Assembly: GCA_964553055.1 (NCBI GenBank) | Contig: CAZKJJ010000001.1 | Location: forward strand, 1 to 27,862 | Source of the DNA: an uncultured Acidimicrobiia bacterium | GTDB lineage: Bacteria > Actinomycetota > Acidimicrobiia > Spongiisociales > CAZKJJ01 | Reading direction: 5' to 3' | Length of the DNA: 27,862 nucleotides | In this document: piece by piece, positions 15,642 to 24,383 of the stretch | Position numbering within the stretch: position 1 is the first letter of the stretch | How the letters are laid out: each line of letters begins with the position of its first letter | Program-made: the position numbers and the translations under genes | Notes under the pieces: generated by a model | Told to the model about the DNA's origin: nothing | Database searches by the model: none | Seen by the model: only the letters and a program-made list of their open reading frames with translations

Positions 15642-17006
15642 TCAGCCCCATCTGACCGGCTGCACCTCGACCTCTTGGTCGATGCCCTTGGCGGGAATGG
15701 TGTGCACGGGCCCGTACGAGAAGGGGCCGCTCGCGCGGGCAGCCACACGTGGAGTGACCAGGATCTCGTCGGCTTCGGCGGCGGCCGCCACTCGCGCTGT
15801 CTTGTGGACCTCCAGACCGGATATGCCCTGTGAATCTCGGGTGAACACGCCTGAGTTGACACCGATGCGCACTCTGGGAGCGTATCCGGCTCGTCTCCTG
15901 TGGCTCTCCAGCTCCCGCTGGATCTCGACGGCGCACCCGACGGCGGCGGTCTCATCGCCAAAGGTGGCGAGAAATCCGTCTCCTGTGTTCGATACGACCT
16001 CTCCGCTGCTTGCTGCGATCAGATCCTGCAACGTCCGGTCGTGCCACCGAATCACATGGGTCCACGCCTCGTCCCCGATGGCGCTGACCATCTTCGTCGA
16101 ATCGACGATGTCGGTCATAAGCAGCGCCGCCCAGCTGCCCTTCGGCTTGAAGGTCGGCTCGGGTGTGGCTTGCAGGAACTCCATCATCTCGGCCAGCAGG
16201 ACTTGCCAGGCAGGCTCCTTCTCCAAAGGAAGATGATTGTCGCTGTCGAGTTGGACCAGCCTCGCTCCAGGAATGAGAGAGGCCAGCAGGCGGCCTTCCG
16301 CAAAAGACACCCTCAGGTCACCCCGGGAGTGCAGGACGAGAGTCGGGACTTCAACCTCCGAAGCCCGTTGCGAGACATCGATGTTCGCAAAGACCCTGAA
16401 CAGCGCCAACGCGTTCTCTCCTGACACAGATTGGCGCATGAGCTCGTCGAACCACGCGTGCTGGTGGGCGGTGCCGCTAGGGATGAATTGGGAGGTGAAC
16501 ACATGACGGAACGTGGCGTCATCCGTACCCCACCCAACGGTGACGAGCTGTTCGAACAGGTCGGCTTCTCGTTCCGCTCCCTGGCTTCCCCGGCGTCTTC
16601 TTCCGCGCCCGTAGGCGCCGATCATGACCAGATGCGACACCCGCTCTGGATGCCTCACTGCATACTCGGTGGCGATCGACCCACCCTGCGAGATACCCAG
16701 GAGCGGGAAACGGTCAACTCCCGCGGCATCGACAACAGCTTCGAGATCAGCCACCAGATCCTCGAAGGTGATATCGGCAACATCCCGATCCGACAAACCG
16801 GTCCCTCGCTCGTCATATCGCACCAGGGTGAACCGAGATGAGAGGGCCTCCAGGTAGTGTCTCCAGACGGGACTCTCGAAGTCGTATTCGAGGTGGGTCA
16901 GCCAGTTGGCCGCCTTGACCAAGGCGGGTCCCGATCCCGTGACGGCGTAGCCCAGGCGTACGCCGTCGTCCGCCACACAGAACCGAATCTCCTGCCCGGT
17001 CGGCAT
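15642..17006 (-). CDS. Alpha/beta-hydrolase fused to a class III cyclase domain (non-canonical active site)
   Basis: N-terminal ANWLTHLEYD...YDERGTGLSD, nucleophile GISQG and His in DNHLP. C-terminal MTDIVDST, SNTGDGFLATF, RIGVNSG, GLEVHKTARV. Start at ATG 17006 (alternative 17024). Confidence 0.88.
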   Translation of the reverse strand: MPTGQEIRFCVADDGVRLGYAVTGSGPALVKAANWLTHLEYDFESPVWRHYLEALSSRFTLVRYDERGTGLSDRDVADITFEDLVADLEAVVDAAGVDRFPLLGISQGGSIATEYAVRHPERVSHLVMIGAYGRGRRRRGSQGAEREADLFEQLVTVGWGTDDATFRHVFTSQFIPSGTAHQHAWFDELMRQSVSGENALALFRVFANIDVSQRASEVEVPTLVLHSRGDLRVSFAEGRLLASLIPGARLVQLDSDNHLPLEKEPAWQVLLAEMMEFLQATPEPTFKPKGSWAALLMTDIVDSTKMVSAIGDEAWTHVIRWHDRTLQDLIAASSGEVVSNTGDGFLATFGDETAAVGCAVEIQRELESHRRRAGYAPRVRIGVNSGVFTRDSQGISGLEVHKTARVAAAAEADEILVTPRVAARASGPFSYGPVHTIPAKGIDQEVEVQPVRWG

Positions 17007-17341
17007 CGGTCGGCAGTTTGCCATGCCTCATCGAGCGAGCGCCTGGCACAGCGCCGAGTCAGGCGCTGAACCCGTTCGTAGTCCTTGGCCGAGACACTGG
17101 GAGACGAGCTGCCCGGCTGGCGGGGTGAAGGTCAGTCAGGCAAGGTGCTGTGCCAGGAGCCAGTCGAGGAGCGGTGGGCGCTCCACGATTCCCAGACGAG
17201 GCGATCAGAGGCGTCGGGGGGCTGTGGCACTTGCATGCAGCAATGGCAGAGGCTGTCGAGACACCGTCGGGGCCTTCGAAGCAGATCACGCTCACCGATC
17301 CTCAGAGTCGCCCATTCAGGTTGGCGGTACACTGAAACCGG

Positions 17342-17755
17342 ATGCCGGCCGATCGCCGAAACGCCGGAGGGATCCAAGAGGCACTCGTCGCATTCGACAC
17401 ATCACTTGCCACCGGCGATGCAACAGCCTTCGTGGGGCTTCTGGCTGAAGACGTGGAGCTGATGTGGCACTACAACCCCACCATCGTCGGCCGCTCCGCT
17501 GTCGATCAGGCCTTCCGGCAGTTGTTCGCCACGTATGACACATCCGCTTGGAAGGCGGACCATCACACCATCGAGATCCACGACAACGCGGCGTATGTGA
17601 TCTCAGACATCAGCGAGACGCTCCGTCCCTATGAGGGCGACAGAGCCACGCGCCGTATCGAAGGCCGGATCGTTCTGTTCTGGCGGTGGGAAGAAGATGG
17701 CTGGCGGATCACCAGGTTGCTGAGCGCCCGGTCGGCGCCGGAGGACATCTCCTAG
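17342..17755 (+). CDS. NTF2-like / SnoaL-like (DUF4440-type) protein
   Basis: 137 aa. FDTSLATGDATAFVGLLAEDV, TIVGRSAV, IEIHDNAAYV, WRWEEDGWRI. TACACT lies 8 nt upstream of the ATG. Confidence 0.8.
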   Translation: MPADRRNAGGIQEALVAFDTSLATGDATAFVGLLAEDVELMWHYNPTIVGRSAVDQAFRQLFATYDTSAWKADHHTIEIHDNAAYVISDISETLRPYEGDRATRRIEGRIVLFWRWEEDGWRITRLLSARSAPEDIS

Positions 17756-18022
17756 CGGGTTGGTCGAGGCGTCCATGGCGCGCCCAGATGGGGTTCAGTC
17801 CCGGCTGTATGTGGAGTCGCCGCGGACGGCGCGTCGGGGAGACATCCATGATGGTCGTTTCTCTTTGCGGGCAAGGCACCAGAGCCGTCGGAACCTCGCG
17901 CGCGTCCGCAATCTCGGTTGGTGTGACATGTCGATGAGACCTCGACACGGATGTGAAGCTGCTCGGTGTCAGAGCATGTCGGGTTCCTCGGGATGAGGCG
18001 GTCCGGCTGTAGCTTCTTTCCG

Positions 18023-18976
18023 GTGAGCGCTGGTGGCGCAAAGGCTGGTGTTGGGTTACCCGATCGTCTGACGCTCTTGGCGTTTGTCGGCGTGGTTGCG
18101 ATCGCTGGTGCCAACTTCGTAGCCGTGCGCTTTGCCAACGAGGATGTTGCCCCGTTCTTCGGGGCTGGCCTGCGGTTCTCGATCGCGTGGCTGCTACTTC
18201 TGGTGGCGGCGATTGTGGTCAGAGTTCCAACTCCCAGCAGGGAGGAGCTGGTCGGGACTGTGCTCTATGGCATCCTCGCCTTTGGTGGCTCGATGGCGCT
18301 TGGCTACTGGGCGCTCCTGCGCCTTCCCGCTGGGATCGCCGGAGTGATCATCGCGGCAGTTCCGGTGTTGACACTGTTGCTGGCCCGGGTTCATGGTCTC
18401 GAGCCGTTCCGTTGGCGGGGACTGCTCGGCGGCCTCCTCACGGTGGGTGGCATATGGGTGCTCCTCGCCGGTTCGGGATCCGCGCCCGTACCGATAGGCT
18501 CCGCCCTGGCGATGGTTGGAGCGGCGTTTTGCTTCGCTGAGGCCGGGATCGTGATCAAGAAGTTCCCGCCCTGTCATCCTATGGCCTCCAACGGGCTCGC
18601 CATGTCCATCGGTGCGGCCCTGCTACTGGTGCTCTCGCAGGTATTCGGCGAGTCCTGGTCGCTGCCGACGAGAGAGGGAGTATGGCTGGTGCTGGCCTAC
18701 ATCGTGCTGGTCGGATCTGTGGCGCTGTTCGGCATGTATCTGTTTGTGCTCAAGGGCTGGACGGCCTCAGGAGCCTCGTACCAGTTCGTTCTGATGCCGT
18801 TCGTCGCCGCGCTGCTCGGTGCCTGGCTGCTCGGTGAGACCATCAACGGCGGATTCGTGATTGGGGGCTTGATCGTCCTCACTGGCGTCTACGTCGGAGC
18901 TCTCTCCTCGGGCTCGGTTCCCGTTCCTGCAACACCCGAGCAGGAAGCGCAGGCACAACGATGCTCCACTACCTAG
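18023..18976 (+). CDS. DMT superfamily (EamA-like) transporter
   Basis: About 10 hydrophobic helices in two EamA repeats (GANFVAVRF, AGLRF, YWALLRLPAGIAGVIIAAVP, LLGAWLLGE). GTG 18023 is preceded by TAGCTT at 18010-18015. Confidence 0.9.
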   Translation: MSAGGAKAGVGLPDRLTLLAFVGVVAIAGANFVAVRFANEDVAPFFGAGLRFSIAWLLLLVAAIVVRVPTPSREELVGTVLYGILAFGGSMALGYWALLRLPAGIAGVIIAAVPVLTLLLARVHGLEPFRWRGLLGGLLTVGGIWVLLAGSGSAPVPIGSALAMVGAAFCFAEAGIVIKKFPPCHPMASNGLAMSIGAALLLVLSQVFGESWSLPTREGVWLVLAYIVLVGSVALFGMYLFVLKGWTASGASYQFVLMPFVAALLGAWLLGETINGGFVIGGLIVLTGVYVGALSSGSVPVPATPEQEAQAQRCSTT

Positions 18977-19081
18977 CCGCACGGAACCCCCCCAACAAGT
19001 CGCCTGCCCACGGATCCAACCGCCACCTCGTTCGTGGGTGACGTCGGTGTCTTGTTGGCAGATCCGCGGGACGGAGGCCGC

Positions 19082-20314
19082 TTACTCGAGGTCGGCGCGT
19101 TCCCAGTAGGGCCGCGTCACTCGCCCCCAGGCCAGCCCGAACACCAGGCCGATCACTCCCAGGCCGACGATCAACGGACGGAGTGGCCCAACCTCGGCGA
19201 GCGCGCCCACCGCGAGAGCGGAGATCGAGATCGCCAACGTGTCCAGACCGAAGTCGAGAGCGAAGATCCTGCCTCTGATGTCGTCCGGACACAGCTCCTG
19301 AAGACCGTAGCTGGAGAAGGCGAACTGGGTACCCCCGCCCATGTGGCCGACACAGATGAGAACAGCGGCGACCGCCAGGGCGGGGGCAGCCCCCACTCCC
19401 ATGTAGGCGGCCCCCCATAGCGCCATCGCGTAACCGATCGCCTCGAACGTGCGCCGCTTCGACGGGCCGACCAGCCGGAAGGCAAGGATCGGGCCCACGA
19501 GGTTGCCCAGGCCCCTGGCGCCGAACAGTATCCCGGTCCCCGCATCTCCGGCATCGAAGAGCCTGAACGAGACGACGGCGAAGAGCCCGACGGCGCCCCC
19601 TGCAGTGAGGGCGTGACCCGCCTTGGAGGTGAGCAGTGCCGTCACCCGGCGGTCCCCGACCGCGTAGCGGAGGGCGTCCCGGGTGGACTCGACGAATCCT
19701 GCGGTCGCGGTCCGGAACGGTTCCTGCAGCCGGATTCCGATGCGAGCGATGAAGGCGGCAGAGACCAGAAACGAAACAGCATTGACCGCAAACGCGGCGT
19801 CGCGCGACACCGCTGCTGCGAACAGCCCTCCGAGAGCCGCGCCGATCGCGAGCATCGCACCCCACGCTGAAGACATAAGCACATTGGCCGCCGCCAGCTC
19901 GTCCTTGACGACGACATTGGGTAGCGCTCCGCCGGAGGCGGCGTAGAAGAAGGCGGCCCCCGCTCCCTCGAGCGACATCACCAGCAGGGGAAACCAGACG
20001 CCGGGAATGGCGTCGGCGGCGAGCAGGCTCAGGGCGAGTCCGGCCCTGATCACGTCAGAGCCGATGAGGACCCTCTTGCGGTCGAACCGGTCGGCTGTGA
20101 GTCCCGTGAGGGGGGCAAGCAGGAGGGCGGGAAGGGCCTGGGCGGCGAGCACCGCGGCAGCCGCCAGCGGCGAGCCAGATGCTTCGTAGACCAGGCCCAG
20201 GAGCGGGACGACCAGGAACCAGTCCCCGGCAAAGGAGATCAACCGGGCGAGGTAGAGGCGCCTGAAGGCTGCGTTGTCGCGGACGAGGCGCCAGTAGACC
20301 GGGTAACTCGCCAT
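19082..20314 (-). CDS. MFS transporter (DHA3/EntS-like)
   Basis: 410 aa with about 12 TM segments. MFS motif A GLTADRFDRKRVLIGSD, RLISFAGDW and DDIRGRIFA. Confidence 0.9.
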   Translation of the reverse strand: MASYPVYWRLVRDNAAFRRLYLARLISFAGDWFLVVPLLGLVYEASGSPLAAAAVLAAQALPALLLAPLTGLTADRFDRKRVLIGSDVIRAGLALSLLAADAIPGVWFPLLVMSLEGAGAAFFYAASGGALPNVVVKDELAAANVLMSSAWGAMLAIGAALGGLFAAAVSRDAAFAVNAVSFLVSAAFIARIGIRLQEPFRTATAGFVESTRDALRYAVGDRRVTALLTSKAGHALTAGGAVGLFAVVSFRLFDAGDAGTGILFGARGLGNLVGPILAFRLVGPSKRRTFEAIGYAMALWGAAYMGVGAAPALAVAAVLICVGHMGGGTQFAFSSYGLQELCPDDIRGRIFALDFGLDTLAISISALAVGALAEVGPLRPLIVGLGVIGLVFGLAWGRVTRPYWERADLE

Positions 20315-20494
20315 CCGGCGGGACGCTAGCCACGGCTCGCCTCAGGTGAATGACGGGTCTGAGACGACGTCGCCAGATTTCGCAGCATCCCTCACGACGT
20401 CCGCCCGAGGTTTACCCAGGCGCCGACGATCCTAGGAGGACGGCCGACCAGCGACCACCGGTTCCCGAGGATCGGCGTCGGTCAGTCCAAACGG

Positions 20495-20677
20495 CTACGA
20501 AGGCTGGCCTGCAGAGGTCTCGACCTCGACATCGCCCTCAGCATGCATCCAGCAGACTTCTATCTGCCTTCTGCCGTCTTCCTCTGCCATGATCCACCGA
20601 GTGGTCGTCGCGTGATCTCCACAACCCACCACTTCGCAGATGGAAGGCGATGTCCCGAGCGGTTCGTGCTCACTCAT
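20495..20677 (-). CDS. Small hypothetical protein with C-x4-C ... C-x2-H pattern (possible Zn-binding)
   Basis: 60 aa containing CEVVGC and CWMH. TACGCT lies 7 nt upstream of the ATG, in the same arrangement as neighbouring genes. Confidence 0.55.
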   Translation of the reverse strand: MSEHEPLGTSPSICEVVGCGDHATTTRWIMAEEDGRRQIEVCWMHAEGDVEVETSAGQPS

Positions 20678-20982
20678 TCCGTCGAGCGTAGTCCCCAGAG
20701 GGGCTGCTTGGTCGTCTGAATGGAGCCGGGCTTGCGGCGCTTGCCGCGGGGGACCGGCGCATCACCAGGCTGCCGAGCGTCCCGCAGGGCTCGACCAACG
20801 GCGGCGCTGCTGTCCTATCTCAACTCGCGGTCCCACTGCGGTCGGAGATGTCAGCCACCCGACTGCCGCCGGTCGGGCGAGTCCTCCATCAACGGACACC
20901 CACGTGGGGCCGGGGACTGCAGCGCACGAGATGAGCGCCTCCAGTTCGAGCCTGTCCACCGCGACATGTAGGTTCGTCGGCG

Positions 20983-21153
20983 ATGCCTGAGATCGAGGAG
21001 AGGAAAGTGGACAAGGCGCAGCGAGAAGTCCTTCCGGCACCTGACCAGCGCTACCAGGGTCTGATCACCTACGACGCCAAGGACCGGCGTCGCAGTTTCC
21101 GCCCATTCCCCAGATTCGACCGCCGCGGGTGCCCCGAGGATGTCCTGAGATAG
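20983..21153 (+). pseudogene. Degenerate N-terminal remnant of an arylsulfatase
   Basis: ATG 20983 gives MPEIEERKVDKAQREVLPAPDQRYQGLITYDAKD. Switching frame then gives ASQFPPIPQIRPP, then GAP, then VL, before TAG 21151-21153. This matches the LPxPD..GLITYDAKDP..FPPI..LRPP.GAPNVL start of actinobacterial arylsulfatases. TAGGTT lies 8 nt upstream. Confidence 0.75.
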
Positions 21154-21171
21154 GGTCGGAGGAATCCGACC
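21154..21171. terminator. GC-rich hairpin between convergent sulfatase remnant and cyclase-STAND gene (possible terminator)
   Basis: GGTCGGA-GGAA-TCCGACC, a 7-bp stem with no U-tract. Confidence 0.35.
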
Positions 21172-21205
21172 GTGTCCCCTCCGACCTCGCAGCGACCCTT
21201 TCACC

Positions 21206-23989
21206 TCACGGGTCGGCGGACGTAGCAGGGAGGTCCCACGACGTGTCGACGAGATGCTTGACCACGCTCCGGTATGGCCGCTGTGATCCCCTGGAACGGA
21301 GCTCGGCGAACTCCGCTTGGTCCACCTCGGGCTCCAGTTTTCCGAGCGCGGCGGACGCGGTGGCGTTGATCGGCTGGCGTTCTGTGAAGAGCTGACCGGC
21401 GCTGTCCGGCTCGGCTTCGACCATCGCCAGCATCTCGATGGCCTCCCCTACGTTCCCGCTCGCCGCCATCGTCTTGGCGATGCTCACCACGGTGGCGAGC
21501 ATCTCGGGGACCATGCCAGTCCGCTCGGCGGCACTCAGACTCTCGACGAACGCTCGCTGGGCACCGGTCGGGTCCCCGGCGGCGAGCTTGGCTTCGCCCA
21601 AACCGAACAACGAGAGCTGTAGCCCCCGGAGAGAACCAAGCCGGCGCGCCCGATCCGCGGAGTGCGAGAAGTGGTCGATGGCGTCGCCGACCCTCCCCTC
21701 TTGCATCGCGAGCCGAGCCCGATGACCGTGGTTCCAGGACATGTAGTACATCTCGCCCGCAGGCTCCAGCCGCGCCCGGCTCTCGTCGAGGAGCTTCCTG
21801 GCGTGCTCGACGTTGCCGGTGGCGAACGCGGCGAAAGCTCCCAGGTTCTCGACCCCGGCGGCCCAGAAGTGACCCGTGGACCAGTCCCTGGCTGCCGGCC
21901 CCTCGGAGAGCGCGATCGCCTCCTCGACGATCGGAGGAACCTCGGGGATGCGGCCCAGGTACAGCAGCGTCTGGGCTCTGAGGTGGAGTGCGAGGAACAG
22001 ACTCTCGGTGTCGTCGGCGCCTCGTCCCACCGATACTGCCTCCGTGGAGGCGGCGTCGGCGATCTCGTGCCGGCCGAGCACGGCGGCGAACGCCGCCTGG
22101 ACAGCCAGAGCACGGGCACGAAACGCCCAGCCGTCGCGGTCGTCTCCTGCGGGCGCGACGCGGTCGAGGGCCGGGGCGAGCAACGCCAGCCCGGCGTGAT
22201 ACCAGCCCCGCAACTCGTAGGCGATCCAGATCGCCCCCACCATCTGACTCAGCCGTGCTGGATCGTTGGCGTCGACGTGGTGGCGCCACGCGGGCCGGAG
22301 GTTGTCGAGATCCGGCTCCAGGATCTCCATCGTCCGGTGCTGGTCGGCCGAGTGGAAGAGGTCGAAGGCCGCCTCGGCCAGCTCCGCGTAGTAGTCGCCA
22401 TGGGCCTGCAGCACCTCTGCGTGACCCTCCGGATCGCTCGTCAGCTCACGCTCGGCGAATTGACGCAGCAACTCGTGCACCGAGTAGCGGCCCGTGTCGG
22501 GATCCGCCCGCACCAGCGACTTGCGCGCCAGCCCGGCGAGGTCTCGGAGCGAAGCGCCCGCGACGGCCTCGGCGGCGTCTCTGGTGAAGCCACCCCGAAA
22601 GATCGAGAGGGCGGCGAAGGTACGTTGCTCAGCCGGCGCCAGCAGATCCCAGCTGTACTCGAACACGGCTCGGATGCTCCGATGCCGCTCCGGCAGGTCG
22701 AGATCAGCTGACTCGAGGAAGTCGAGGCTCTTGGCGATCTCTGCAGCGATGTCCTGGATGGTCAGCATGTCGACCCAGGCCGCGGCGAGGAGGATCCCGA
22801 GCGGCATGCCTCCGGTGAGACGCAGGATCTCACCGAGAGGCGCCAGATCTTCCTCCCCGAAGGCGATGTCTGGCTGGGTGCGCCGGGCGGCATCGAGAAA
22901 GAGCTGAACGCCGCTGGCCTTCTTGGCTTCTTCGGGGGTCGCCCAGCCGGTGTCGAGGCCCTGCAGCCACAGGACGGCCTCGCCGACGAGCCCGAGTTTC
23001 GACCTGGAGGTGGCGATCACATCGATGCCTGGCGCAGCCCTGAGCATGGCGGAGACGAAGGCGGCGCCTTCGGCGACGTGCTCGAAGTTGTCGAAGACGA
23101 GAAGCTGGGTGCGAGGAGTCAAGTACTCGAGGAGCTGGGTGTGGGGGTCCGCCTGCGAGGAGAGGGCAACGCCGACCGTCTCAGCGACGGTCTGCACGAT
23201 GTCGTCGCTTGCCGAGATGTCAGCGAGGGCGATGAAGAACGTGCCATCTGGGTAGTCGGCTGTGAGGTTGGCTGCGGCCTGGATCGCCAGATGGGTCTTC
23301 CCGGAGCCGCCCGGAGCCACGATTGTCACCAGCCTGTTGCCCTGCAGGAACTGCTCGATCTGGGCGAGCTCGGCGTCCCTGCCGATCAGCTCGGCCACCT
23401 GCTCGGGGAGGTTGTTGGGGAGGGTGTCGAGTGACTTCAGTGGGGGGAAGTCGCCGTCGAGACCGTCGACCTCGAGCTGGAACACGTGCTCCGGCCGGGT
23501 GAGATCTTTGAGGCGGTGCCATCCCATGTCGGCGACGGTCAGGCCCTCGGCGAGGTGGTCCTGGATCAGGTCGTGGGTTGCCGTCGACATCACGGTTTGG
23601 CCTCCGTGGGCGATCGCCCGCAGGCGGGCCGCCCGGTTCACCGCAGACCCGTAGTAGTCGCCGAGTTCGAGCTCAGCGAGCCCTGTGTGGAGCGACGCCC
23701 GCACCCGTAGCGGCCGAGGCGTGGGCCATTCGACATTCGCCAGGCGGCGCTGCATCTCGGCGACGGCGTGCACCGCGTCCCGTGCCGACTGGAACACGAC
23801 GAAGCGGCTGTCCCCCTCACCCCGGGGCTTCACCGACACGCCACCGTGCGCCTCGACGGCAGCGTCGATGGCGTCATCGTGGAGGCGAAGCGCATCCATC
23901 ATGACGTCGGAGGCGTCCTCCCAGAGCCGGGTGCTGCCCTCGACGTCCGTGAAGAGAAAAGTGACGTTTCCTTCAGGGAGCTGTGTCAC
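21206..23989 (-). CDS. Class III cyclase + STAND (NB-ARC/AAA-like) ATPase + TPR protein, without C-terminal HTH
   Basis: 927 aa. Cyclase: VTFLFTDVEGST, GEGDS, DYYGSAVNRAAR. Walker A APGGSGKT, Walker B LLVFDNFEH, ATSR, GGMPLGI, YSVHELLRQ. The C-terminus has helical TPR-like repeats (AG/GD...A). Confidence 0.9.
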   Translation of the reverse strand: MTQLPEGNVTFLFTDVEGSTRLWEDASDVMMDALRLHDDAIDAAVEAHGGVSVKPRGEGDSRFVVFQSARDAVHAVAEMQRRLANVEWPTPRPLRVRASLHTGLAELELGDYYGSAVNRAARLRAIAHGGQTVMSTATHDLIQDHLAEGLTVADMGWHRLKDLTRPEHVFQLEVDGLDGDFPPLKSLDTLPNNLPEQVAELIGRDAELAQIEQFLQGNRLVTIVAPGGSGKTHLAIQAAANLTADYPDGTFFIALADISASDDIVQTVAETVGVALSSQADPHTQLLEYLTPRTQLLVFDNFEHVAEGAAFVSAMLRAAPGIDVIATSRSKLGLVGEAVLWLQGLDTGWATPEEAKKASGVQLFLDAARRTQPDIAFGEEDLAPLGEILRLTGGMPLGILLAAAWVDMLTIQDIAAEIAKSLDFLESADLDLPERHRSIRAVFEYSWDLLAPAEQRTFAALSIFRGGFTRDAAEAVAGASLRDLAGLARKSLVRADPDTGRYSVHELLRQFAERELTSDPEGHAEVLQAHGDYYAELAEAAFDLFHSADQHRTMEILEPDLDNLRPAWRHHVDANDPARLSQMVGAIWIAYELRGWYHAGLALLAPALDRVAPAGDDRDGWAFRARALAVQAAFAAVLGRHEIADAASTEAVSVGRGADDTESLFLALHLRAQTLLYLGRIPEVPPIVEEAIALSEGPAARDWSTGHFWAAGVENLGAFAAFATGNVEHARKLLDESRARLEPAGEMYYMSWNHGHRARLAMQEGRVGDAIDHFSHSADRARRLGSLRGLQLSLFGLGEAKLAAGDPTGAQRAFVESLSAAERTGMVPEMLATVVSIAKTMAASGNVGEAIEMLAMVEAEPDSAGQLFTERQPINATASAALGKLEPEVDQAEFAELRSRGSQRPYRSVVKHLVDTSWDLPATSADP

Positions 23990-24383
23990 GGCGAGGGAAG
24001 GCTACCGGGGGAGGCAGGGGTCCTCGCCGACGGCGGATGCCGGATCGACCAAGCCGCCGTCTTATGAGACGTGCAGACATCCCCTACGGGGGACTGAGCA
24101 TCGGGAGAGGACCGCCTTCGGGGGCTCTCGGCGATACCCAGGCGGTCCCAATCCGATCGCGGTTCACGTTCCTCGGCGGTCGGTGAGCTCGCCTGCTTCG
24201 TAGTGGCCGGCATGACGCAGAGCATCACGTGGGTGCTGGTTCATGCGGGATACACGGCGAGCAGCTCCTTGGTGATGGTGTGCCGAGGGATCGATCGTGA
24301 GTAGGAGCCCGCCCTCATGCCACTCTGCCAGGGCTGGTCGAAATCGAACCCACTGGGACTGAGCCGCTACTGTCCTCCGGTGC

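Noticed and set aside
17059-17335. Cys-containing short ORFs in the spacer (17059-17295 minus, 17085-17462 plus, 17132-17377 minus, 17150-17335 plus)
   Set aside because: They are mutually overlapping, none has a start signal or recognisable motif, and two overlap the NTF2 gene.
17860-18000. Possible riboswitch upstream of the EamA transporter (short hairpin TGTCGA-N7-TCGACA)
   Set aside because: I could not match SAM, TPP, cobalamin or other aptamer consensus by eye, and the EamA gene appears leaderless, leaving no 5' UTR.
21201-22711. Long antisense or alternate-frame ORFs (e.g. 21201-22289, 21662-22711, 5349-6275, 18969-19865, 7636-8520)
   Set aside because: These are shadow ORFs of well-supported genes in a high-GC genome, Arg/Pro/Gly-rich and without family motifs.
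21206-23989. Calling the cyclase-STAND-TPR gene an Avs/CBASS/Pycsar antiphage system
   Set aside because: Its motifs match the regulatory actinobacterial cyclase/NB-ARC class, and there is no adjacent nuclease, TIR, pore-forming or cNMP-binding effector. It is kept only as an untested possibility.
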